21,302 nucleotides of DNA, from assembly GCA_019244185.1 (NCBI GenBank), contig JAFATB010000021.1:1-21302 (forward strand), in the 5' to 3' direction. The position numbers and the translations under genes were made by a program. The notes under the pieces are model-generated. The model did no database searches. It was not told the origin of the DNA and worked only from the letters and a program-made list of their open reading frames with translations. Shown here piece after piece: positions 7,456 through 14,845 of the stretch. The stretch comes from Acidobacteriota bacterium. Lineage in GTDB: Bacteria > Acidobacteriota > Thermoanaerobaculia > Gp7-AA8. Numbering within the stretch: position 1 is the first letter of the stretch; the number at the start of each line of letters is the position of its first letter.

Positions 7456-9897
7456 ATGCCCGCGCTCCCCGAGCGGTTCATCACGATCCACGGCCATTTC
7501 TATCAGCCGCCGCGCGAGAATCCATGGCTCGAAGCGGTCGAAACGCAGGATTCGGCCTTTCCCTACCACGACTGGAACGAGCGCATCACCGCGGAGTGCT
7601 ACGAGGCGAACGCCACCGCGCGCATCATGGACGAGCACGATCACATCCGCAGGATCGTGAACAACTACGCGTCCATCAGCTTCAACTTCGGACCGACGCT
7701 GCTCTCCTGGCTCGAGCTCTCCGCGCCCGAAACCTACGCCGCGATCCTCGAGGCCGACCGCGTCTCGCAACGCCACTACTCCGGCCACGGCTGCGCGCTC
7801 GCGCAGGCCTACAACCACATCATCCTGCCGCTCGCGAACACGCGCGACCAACGCACGCAGGTGCGCTGGGGCGTGCGCGACTTCGAGGCGCGCTTCCGCC
7901 GCAAGCCGGAAGGCATGTGGCTGCCGGAGACCGCCGTCGACGTGGCCACGCTCGAGGCGCTCGCCGCGGAAGACATCGCGTTCACAATTCTCGAGCCGCA
8001 TCAGGCCGCGCGCTGGCGCGCCGTCGGCGATACGGCGTGGCATACGAACGGCGACCTCGATCCGACGCAGCCGTATGTCTGCAACTTGCCGTCGGGCCGC
8101 AGCATCGCGATCTTCTTCTACGACGGTCCGATCTCGCGCGCCGTCGCGTTCGAACAACTGCTCGCGCGCGGCGAGAACCTCGCCCATCGACTCGACGGCG
8201 CGTTCCGCGACACGCGCGCGCATCCGCAGCTCGTCAACATCGCCACCGACGGCGAGACGTACGGACACCATCACCGCTTCGGCGAGATGGCGCTCGCGTA
8301 CGCGCTGCAGTACATCGAAGACCGCGGCCTCGCGCAGCTGACGAACTACGGCGAACAGCTCGCGCGCACGCCGCCGCGGCACGAGGTGGAGATCGTCGAG
8401 AACACGTCGTGGAGCTGCGCGCACGGTGTCGAGCGCTGGCGCAGCGACTGCGGCTGCAACACCGGCGGCGGCGCGGGGTGGAATCAGCAGTGGCGCACGC
8501 CGCTCCGCGACGCGCTCGACTGGCTTCGCGACCGCGCGCGCGGCGTCTTCGAAGAACGCGGCCGCGAGCTGCTGCGCGATCCGTGGCTCGCGCGCGACGA
8601 ATACATCGACGTCATCCTCGACCGCTCCGAACCGTGCGTGACGCGCTTCCTGAACAAGCACGCTCGCGACGGTGCGGAAGTCACGGCCACGCTCGAGCTG
8701 CTCGAGCTGCAGCGCAACGCGATGCTGATGTACACGAGCTGCGGCTGGTTCTTCAGCGATGTCTCCGGCATCGAGACCGTGCAGGTGCTGCATTACGCCG
8801 GCCGCGTCATCCAGCTCGCCGAACGCGGCGGCGCGACCGGACTCGAGGCCGGCTTCATCGAACAACTCGCCGCGGCGCGCAGCAACATCGCCGAGCGCGG
8901 CACCGCGCGCGACATTTACGAGCGCGAGGTCATGCCCGCGCGGCTCGACCTTCCGCGCGTCGCCGCGCATTACGCGGTGCTGTCGCTCTTCGATACGTTC
9001 GACGACGAGACCCGCATCTACTGCTACGACGTCGTCCGCCGCGATCTCGAGATCCACAAGAGCGGCCGCGCGCGACTCGCCGTCGGCTCGATCGAAGTCC
9101 GCTCGCGCATCACGCACGAGACCGCGTCCTTCGAGCTCGCCGCCCTGCACCTCGGCGAAACGGAGCTCACCGGCGGCGTCCGCCCGCTGCGCGACGGCTC
9201 CGATTACGAAGAAGTGAAACGCGAGCTCGCGACGGCGATGCAGCCCGGCGGCATCCCGCGTCTCATCCGCCTCCTCGATCAGCAATTCGGCGAACAGCCG
9301 CTCACGATCCGCGCGCTGTTCCGCGACGAGCAGCGCCGCATCCTCCACCAGCTCATCGTCGCGACGCTCGAAGAAGCGGAGTCCGCGTTCCGCCAGCTGC
9401 ATGAGCGCTACGATCCTCTGATGCGCTTCCACGCGCGCCTCGGCATTCCCGTTCCGAAGGTGCTGCAGACCGCCGCCGAGTTCGATCTCAACCTGCAGAT
9501 CCGCCGGCTGCTCGAACAGGAGCCGCCGCCCGTCGCCGAGATCGAGTCGCGGCTGCGCGAGGCGCACGAGGAAACCGTCGTGCTCGACGAGACGACGCTG
9601 CTCGCCTTCCGTCAGGCCATCGACCGCGCGGCCATGCGCTTCCGCGAACGTCCCGCGGAGCTCGACCCGCTGCAGGACTTTGCCACGCTCGTAACTATCG
9701 TGCGCGACCACGATCTCACCGTCGATCTGCGCCCCGCGCAGAACCGTTACTACCACCTGCGTAAGACCCTCCGCCCCGCCATCGAGGCGAACGTCGGCGA
9801 CGCCGCGCTGCGCTGGCTCGAGCTCTTCGATACGCTCGGCGAACAGCTCCAGCTCACCGCGTGGAACGACGCGCCGCGGCGGCGGACGTTCGCGTAA
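7456..9897 (+). CDS. Glycoside hydrolase family 57 / DUF3536 domain protein, 813 aa
   Basis: IHGHFYQPPRENPW, YNHIILPL, GMWLPETA (nucleophile Glu), ATDGETYGHH (acid/base Asp), SWSCAHGVERW, MYTSCGWFF. ATG at 7456. Confidence 0.92.
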   Translation: MPALPERFITIHGHFYQPPRENPWLEAVETQDSAFPYHDWNERITAECYEANATARIMDEHDHIRRIVNNYASISFNFGPTLLSWLELSAPETYAAILEADRVSQRHYSGHGCALAQAYNHIILPLANTRDQRTQVRWGVRDFEARFRRKPEGMWLPETAVDVATLEALAAEDIAFTILEPHQAARWRAVGDTAWHTNGDLDPTQPYVCNLPSGRSIAIFFYDGPISRAVAFEQLLARGENLAHRLDGAFRDTRAHPQLVNIATDGETYGHHHRFGEMALAYALQYIEDRGLAQLTNYGEQLARTPPRHEVEIVENTSWSCAHGVERWRSDCGCNTGGGAGWNQQWRTPLRDALDWLRDRARGVFEERGRELLRDPWLARDEYIDVILDRSEPCVTRFLNKHARDGAEVTATLELLELQRNAMLMYTSCGWFFSDVSGIETVQVLHYAGRVIQLAERGGATGLEAGFIEQLAAARSNIAERGTARDIYEREVMPARLDLPRVAAHYAVLSLFDTFDDETRIYCYDVVRRDLEIHKSGRARLAVGSIEVRSRITHETASFELAALHLGETELTGGVRPLRDGSDYEEVKRELATAMQPGGIPRLIRLLDQQFGEQPLTIRALFRDEQRRILHQLIVATLEEAESAFRQLHERYDPLMRFHARLGIPVPKVLQTAAEFDLNLQIRRLLEQEPPPVAEIESRLREAHEETVVLDETTLLAFRQAIDRAAMRFRERPAELDPLQDFATLVTIVRDHDLTVDLRPAQNRYYHLRKTLRPAIEANVGDAALRWLELFDTLGEQLQLTAWNDAPRRRTFA

Positions 9898-9909
9898 ACT
9901 TCCGCGCCC

Positions 9910-11430
9910 ATGCACACGTCCGCGCATCCGCAGCCGGAGACGCCGCGATACGCCGGCATCCTTCTGCATCCGACCTCGCTGCCGAGCACGTACGGCGTCG
10001 GCGATCTCGGCGATCAGCTCATCGCGTTCCTCGATTGGGCCGCGTCCGCGGGCATGCGCATCTGGCAGGTGCTGCCGCTCAACCCGACCGGCTACGGGCA
10101 CTCGCCGTACAACTGCCTCTCGTCGTTCGCCGGCAATCCGCTGCTCATCTCGCCGCAACGCCTGCTGCAGGACGGACTGCTCGACGCGGACGACGTCGTG
10201 GAACAGCCGCGATTCTCCGACGAACACGTGGAGTTCGATCGCGTCGCGCCGTACAAGTTCGCGCTGCTGCGCCGCTCGTGGGATCGCTTCCAGACGCACG
10301 CGAGCGGCGAGCTGCGCAGCGCGTTCGAAGCGTTCGTCACCGCGCCCGAGCAGCGCGACTGGCTCGACGACTACGCGCTCTTCATGACGCTGAAGGAGTT
10401 CGCGAACGGCGCCGCGTGGTGGCAGTGGGATGCGAAGCTGGTCCGCCGCGATGCGAAAGCGCTCGCCGCCGCGCGCGCGCGTCACGCCGACGAGATCCGC
10501 TTCTGGACGTACGTGCAGTTCCTCTTCTTCCGGCAATGGAACGTCGTGCGCGACGCCGCGCACGCGCGCGGCATCCGCATCATGGGCGACGTGCCGATCT
10601 ATGTCGCCGGCGACAGCGCCGACGTCTGGAGCCGCCCCGAGCTCTTCCAGCTCGACGACCGCGGACGACCGACCGTCGTCGCCGGCGTGCCGCCCGACTA
10701 CTTCTCCGCGACCGGCCAGCGCTGGGGCAATCCGCTCTATCGCTGGGACGTGATGCGCGAGGCGAACTTCCGCTGGTGGATCGCGCGCGTGCGCACGAAT
10801 CTCCGCTTCGCCGATCTCATTCGCCTCGATCACTTCCGCGGCTTTGCTGATTACTGGGAGATTCAGGCGAGCGAGCCCACCGCGGTGCACGGCCGCTGGA
10901 TGCCCGGCCCCGGCACCGCGCTCTTCGACGCGCTGCGCGCGGAGCTCGGCGACCTGCCGCTCGTTGCCGAGGACCTCGGCTTCATCACGCAGTCCGTGCA
11001 CGACCTGCGCAAAGCGGTCGGGCTGCCGGGCATGAAGATCCTGCAGTTCGGCTTCGCGGAGAACGACAGCCCGCACATGCCGCACCGCTTCGAGCCGCGC
11101 ACCGTCGTCTACACCGGCACGCACGACAACGACACCGCGCGCGGCTGGTTCGCCCAAGCGAGCGACGAGGAGCGCGAGACGGCGCTCCTCTACCTCGGAT
11201 GCACGACCGCGGACGACATCGCCTGGGGTCTCATCCGCGCCGCGTACACGTCGGTCGCGGAGCTGGCCATCGTGCCCGCGCAGGATGTCCTCGGACTCGG
11301 CGCCGAGGCGCGCATGAACACGCCGGGAGCCGAGAGCAACAACTGGAGCTGGCGCCTGCCGCCGACGACGCTCGTGCAGGAGCTCGCGCTGAAACTGCGG
11401 CGTCTCGCCGAGATCACCGGCCGCGTCTGA
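9910..11430 (+). CDS. malQ: 4-alpha-glucanotransferase (amylomaltase, GH77), 506 aa
   Basis: GILLHPTSLP, WQVLPLNPT, GVPPDYFSATGQRWGNPLY; catalytic RLDHFRG, AEDLG and GTHDN; RMNTPG. Confidence 0.97.
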   Translation: MHTSAHPQPETPRYAGILLHPTSLPSTYGVGDLGDQLIAFLDWAASAGMRIWQVLPLNPTGYGHSPYNCLSSFAGNPLLISPQRLLQDGLLDADDVVEQPRFSDEHVEFDRVAPYKFALLRRSWDRFQTHASGELRSAFEAFVTAPEQRDWLDDYALFMTLKEFANGAAWWQWDAKLVRRDAKALAAARARHADEIRFWTYVQFLFFRQWNVVRDAAHARGIRIMGDVPIYVAGDSADVWSRPELFQLDDRGRPTVVAGVPPDYFSATGQRWGNPLYRWDVMREANFRWWIARVRTNLRFADLIRLDHFRGFADYWEIQASEPTAVHGRWMPGPGTALFDALRAELGDLPLVAEDLGFITQSVHDLRKAVGLPGMKILQFGFAENDSPHMPHRFEPRTVVYTGTHDNDTARGWFAQASDEERETALLYLGCTTADDIAWGLIRAAYTSVAELAIVPAQDVLGLGAEARMNTPGAESNNWSWRLPPTTLVQELALKLRRLAEITGRV

Positions 11431-11435
11431 CGACG

Positions 11436-11942
11436 ATGCCGACGATCATCAGCCATCCGATCGTCGCGTCGCTGAAGACGTGGGTTCCGCGCATTTCCGT
11501 GCATGCCGCATTCGCCGGCGGATTGCTCGCCGTGCTGCCGGACGCCGACGTGGTGTCGTTCGCGATGGGCATTCCGTACGAGAGCACCTTCGGCCATCGC
11601 GGCTTCACGCATTCGATCGTCTTCGCGCTCGCGACATCGTCACTCGCAACGCTCGCGTTCCGCCGCGATCGCCGCGCGCTCTTCGCGTACTTTTTCTTTT
11701 GCGCGCTGTCGCACCCGCTGCTCGACGCGCTCACGAACGGCGGCCTCGGCATCGCGTTCTTCTCGCCGTTCAGCAATCGCCGCTACTTCTTCCCGTGGAC
11801 GCCGATCACCGTCTCGCCTATCGGCGCCGGCTTCTTCAGCGCGCGCGGCGTCGAGACGTTCATCAGCGAACTGAAATGGGTGTGGCTGCCGTGCGCGCTG
11901 CTCGCGCTGATGGGAAAAACGTTTTCGTCGCGCGCTACTTGA
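11436..11942 (+). CDS. Membrane-bound metal-dependent hydrolase (YbcI/YdjM-like), 168 aa
   Basis: MPTIISH, LPDADV, GHRGFTHS, SHPLLDALTNGGLG, RYFFPWTPI; several hydrophobic segments. Confidence 0.88.
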   Translation: MPTIISHPIVASLKTWVPRISVHAAFAGGLLAVLPDADVVSFAMGIPYESTFGHRGFTHSIVFALATSSLATLAFRRDRRALFAYFFFCALSHPLLDALTNGGLGIAFFSPFSNRRYFFPWTPITVSPIGAGFFSARGVETFISELKWVWLPCALLALMGKTFSSRAT

Positions 11943-12507
11943 GCGATCGCAGCGCGCGCAACGCCTCGTCGCGATGGCGGCTCTTCGGAAAGCGCGCGAG
12001 GAAATCGCCATACAGCGCGCGCGCATCCGCGTCGGTTTCCGGACCGCATTCATCGCAGCACGGCGGCGCAACGTGCACGTACCACCACGCGTCGTCCGCA
12101 TCGGGTCCGGCCGGCCAGAGCTCGAGATACTTCTCCCACCCGATGTCGCCAGGCGCGTACGCCGCGTCCGACTCGCAGTAACCGAAGTCGGCGCCGAGAC
12201 GGCGCGCTTCGCGGAACACGGCCACGCCGGGACAGCGATCGGAAACACCGTCCGCACGGTTGCTGTCAATGCAGCGAGCGTTCGACAGCGTTTCCGGCAG
12301 CGCGCGCAGCAGGTCGTCCGCGGCGTGCTGGAACCGCAGCCAGGCGCGCGCGGCGGCGTGCTTGTCCTTCGCGTGATCGATCGCCGCGCGGGCGTCGCGC
12401 AGCGCTGTCAGACGCTTGCTCACTTCACTCCGCGGAGTGGCATGGAGCAAGAGAAGCACGACCGCGCACGCAAAGAGAGCGCGTCCGGCGATGCCGCGTG
12501 TCCGCAT
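11935..12507 (-). CDS. Hypothetical exported Cys-rich protein with two TPR-like (BamD/YbgF-type) helix pairs, about 190 aa
   Basis: Basic plus hydrophobic N-terminus MRTRGIAGRALFACAVVLLLLHA; repeated motif WEKYLELWPAGPDADDA / YGDFLARFPKSRHRDEA. It fills an otherwise empty gap. The start is uncertain (12507 vs 12543). Confidence 0.7.
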   Translation of the reverse strand: MRTRGIAGRALFACAVVLLLLHATPRSEVSKRLTALRDARAAIDHAKDKHAAARAWLRFQHAADDLLRALPETLSNARCIDSNRADGVSDRCPGVAVFREARRLGADFGYCESDAAYAPGDIGWEKYLELWPAGPDADDAWWYVHVAPPCCDECGPETDADARALYGDFLARFPKSRHRDEALRALRSLK

Positions 12508-12581
12508 GCGTGCGATTCTGCCGCGAAATCGGTCGAAGACCAACCGGCGTTCGTCTACTCTTGCGCGCGAAGGAGAACGGT

Positions 12582-13787
12582 GTGGCCTCGAACGGTTTGT
12601 CCCGATCGCGACTCTCGCGCATGCACGAAACGCTGGCGGGCTACGTTCAGCGCAACGAGATCCCCGGCCTCGTCGCGCTCGTCGCGCGTGACGACGAGGT
12701 CCACGTCGATGCTCTCGGCACGCTCACGCTCGATGGCGCCGCGCCGATGCGCCGCGACTCCATCTTCCGCATCGCCTCGATCTCGAAACTGATCACCGCC
12801 GCCGCGGCGATGATCCTCGTCGAGGAATGCCGGCTGCGCCTCGACGACTCCGTCGAGCCGTGGCTGCCGGAGCTCGCGAATCGCCGCGTGCTGAAGTCGC
12901 TCGCGTCCGAGCTCGACGACACCGTTCCCGCGCATCGCGCGATCACCGTGCGCGATCTCCTGACGTCGACGATGGGCTTCGGCAGCATCATGGCGCCGCC
13001 CGACACGTATCCGATCCAGAAGCGCATTCGCGAAGACAACATCGGCGGCGACGGTCCGAAACTGCAATCCGAGTGGCCACCCACCGACGAATGGCTGCGC
13101 AGACTCGGCGCGCTGCCGTTGCTCGCGCATCCCGGCGAGCGCTGGATGTATCACGTCAGCCTCGACGTGCTCGGCGTGCTCATCGCGCGCACCGCCGGAC
13201 AATCGCTCGGCACCTTCCTGCGCGAACGCCTCTTCGAGCCGCTCGGCATGACCGATACCGGCTTCCGCGTCCCTCGCGAAAACGCCGATCGCCTCTCCGA
13301 TTTCTACCGCTGGGATCCCCACACGAACGCGCTCACGTTGTTCGAACGCGCGGCGACGAGCACATGGCTCGACGAACCGCCGTTCGAATCCGGCGGCGGC
13401 GGTCTCGTCTCGACGATCGACGACTACTTCACCTTCTGCCGCGTGCTCCTCAATCACGGACGCCACGGCCGCGAGCAGATCCTCTCGCGCGCATCCGTCG
13501 CGCTGATGACGTCCGATCAGGTCACGCCCGAGCAACGCGCCGGCGCGGAGCTCTTCTTCGGCACGCACTCCAGCTGGGGCTTCGGCATGGCCGTCGACAT
13601 CCGCCACACCAATCTCTTCACCTCCCCCGGCCGCTTCGGCTGGACCGGCGGCTTCGGCACGATCGCCTACACCGACCCCGCCGAAAACCTCATCGGCATC
13701 CTCTTCACGCAACGCCTGATGGACTCGCCCGAACCGCCGAAGGTCTTCGTCGACTTCTGGACGCTGGCGTATGCGGCGGTGGAGTGA
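12582..13787 (+). CDS. Serine hydrolase, beta-lactamase/EstB (family VIII esterase-like) family, 401 aa
   Basis: GTG start with SD AAGGAG at 12570-12575. FRIASISK (SxxK), PGERWMY, LFEPLGMTDTGF, GGGGLVST, FGWTGGFGT; no signal peptide. Confidence 0.92.
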   Translation: MASNGLSRSRLSRMHETLAGYVQRNEIPGLVALVARDDEVHVDALGTLTLDGAAPMRRDSIFRIASISKLITAAAAMILVEECRLRLDDSVEPWLPELANRRVLKSLASELDDTVPAHRAITVRDLLTSTMGFGSIMAPPDTYPIQKRIREDNIGGDGPKLQSEWPPTDEWLRRLGALPLLAHPGERWMYHVSLDVLGVLIARTAGQSLGTFLRERLFEPLGMTDTGFRVPRENADRLSDFYRWDPHTNALTLFERAATSTWLDEPPFESGGGGLVSTIDDYFTFCRVLLNHGRHGREQILSRASVALMTSDQVTPEQRAGAELFFGTHSSWGFGMAVDIRHTNLFTSPGRFGWTGGFGTIAYTDPAENLIGILFTQRLMDSPEPPKVFVDFWTLAYAAVE

Positions 13788-13806
13788 TCGATTGCGCCGC
13801 GAGTGA

Positions 13807-14208
13807 TTACCCGCGAAACGTGATCGCCTCGGCGATCGCGTGTGTAGCGCGGTCGATGAACGCCCGATCACTCGAGGTCAACGCTTGCCGCTCTCCAGCG
13901 CCCGTCGCGAGCATCACGTGATACGTCGGCTTGTGCGACCGATACGCGGCGATGCCGACGACACAGAGGCCAACGCCGAAGACGAACAGGCCAGCCGCGG
14001 CATCCGATTGGCCGGCCACCGCGCCGAATCCCGCCAGGATCAACCCCACGCCTACGAGGATCAGAAGCGTGGCGCCTCCTCGGTTGGGCAACGTCATGTG
14101 CGCTCGGACTGAGGCGATGTTCGCCGTCGCATACGCTGTGCCGTGAAAGACGACTCGGGCGTTGCTCACATACGCGTTGTTCTCATTCAAAAACGTCTGC
14201 TCGGCCAC
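13807..14208 (-). CDS. Small two-TM membrane protein, DUF6232-like, about 133 aa
   Basis: GTG at 14208 is preceded by GGAGGAG. The EQTFLNENNAYVSNARVVFHGTAYATANIASV head is followed by two hydrophobic helices and YHVMLATGAGERQAL...IAEAITFRG. Family assignment is from memory. Confidence 0.7.
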   Translation of the reverse strand: MAEQTFLNENNAYVSNARVVFHGTAYATANIASVRAHMTLPNRGGATLLILVGVGLILAGFGAVAGQSDAAAGLFVFGVGLCVVGIAAYRSHKPTYHVMLATGAGERQALTSSDRAFIDRATHAIAEAITFRG

Positions 14209-14210
14209 GA

Positions 14211-14243
14211 CTCCTCCAGCGGCGCATGCCGCATTGGAAGGAG
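14211..14243 (-). promoter_or_regulatory. 5'-UTR hairpin pairing an anti-SD with the SD of the DUF6232-like gene
   Basis: The mRNA reads CUCCU-U-CCA-AU-GCGGC-AUGC-GCCGC-UGG-AGGAG-uc-GUG. Confidence 0.5.
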
Positions 14244-14269
14244 ACACGAGTTGTACTAACTAGTGGCGT

Positions 14270-14836
14270 TCAATCCGCAAACACGTCCGCGATCGGCATC
14301 GAGAAGCCGGGCAGCAGCGCTGAGGTCAGCGCGCCGCCTTCTTCGACACTGATCTCCATCGGGCGTTCGAACTTGTCGTCGGCGCCGCGGCGGAAGACTT
14401 TCACGAGCTCGAGCTCGGGGTCGACGATCCAGTATTCGGCGACGCCGAAGCCTTCGTAGCGTTTGCGCTTGATCACTTCGTCGTGCCGGCGGTTCGATTC
14501 GGAGAGCACTTCGATGGCGAGGTCGGGCGCGCCCTGCACGTTCGCGCGCGTGAGGCGGTCGGCGTTCTCGTTCGTGATGAAGAGAACGTCCGGCTGCACG
14601 ACGTCGGTCTTCGACAGAACGACGTCGGTGGGAGCGACGTAGACGTCTCCGAGTTTGTGATCGCGAACGAAAAAGCCGAGGGCGAGAACGAGGTTCACGA
14701 TGACCCGCTGGTGCTTCAGATTCGGCGCAGGATTCACGTACAGCTCTCCGTCGATGATCTCGTAACGCTTGCCGTCGTCCGGAAGGTCGCAATAATCCTC
14801 GTACGTCAGCTTCGTGCTTTCGGCGAGCGATTCCAT
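14270..14836 (-). CDS. Uma2 (DUF820) family PD-(D/E)XK putative endonuclease, 188 aa
   Basis: LTYEDYCDLPDDGKRYEIIDGEL, VQPDVLF, APDLAIEVLSES, YEGFGVAEYWIVDP, SALLPGF. Confidence 0.93.
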   Translation of the reverse strand: MESLAESTKLTYEDYCDLPDDGKRYEIIDGELYVNPAPNLKHQRVIVNLVLALGFFVRDHKLGDVYVAPTDVVLSKTDVVQPDVLFITNENADRLTRANVQGAPDLAIEVLSESNRRHDEVIKRKRYEGFGVAEYWIVDPELELVKVFRRGADDKFERPMEISVEEGGALTSALLPGFSMPIADVFAD

Positions 14837-14845
14837 ACGAAAAGT

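Noticed and set aside
6505-11157. 1550-aa minus-strand ORF that looks like a giant RsbR fusion
   Set aside because: The part above 7371 is the antisense shadow of GH57 and malQ, which share a frame. High-GC codon bias keeps it open. RsbR has its own ATG and SD at 7371-7385.
12582-13787. Beta-lactam resistance gene
   Set aside because: It has no signal peptide and looks like a cytoplasmic EstB-type serine hydrolase; the fold alone does not imply resistance.
14251-14266. GTACTAACTAGT resembling a TrpR operator
   Set aside because: The symmetry is incomplete and there is no tryptophan-related context.
14264-14279. Plus-strand TGGCGTTCAATCCGCA with GG-N10-GC spacing
   Set aside because: It lacks the TTGC/CTGC -12 element and points antisense into Uma2; likely chance.
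14270-14836. Uma2 as a defence system or mobile element
   Set aside because: Stand-alone Uma2 genes are common and often multi-copy. There is no methylase, partner gene or terminal repeat nearby.
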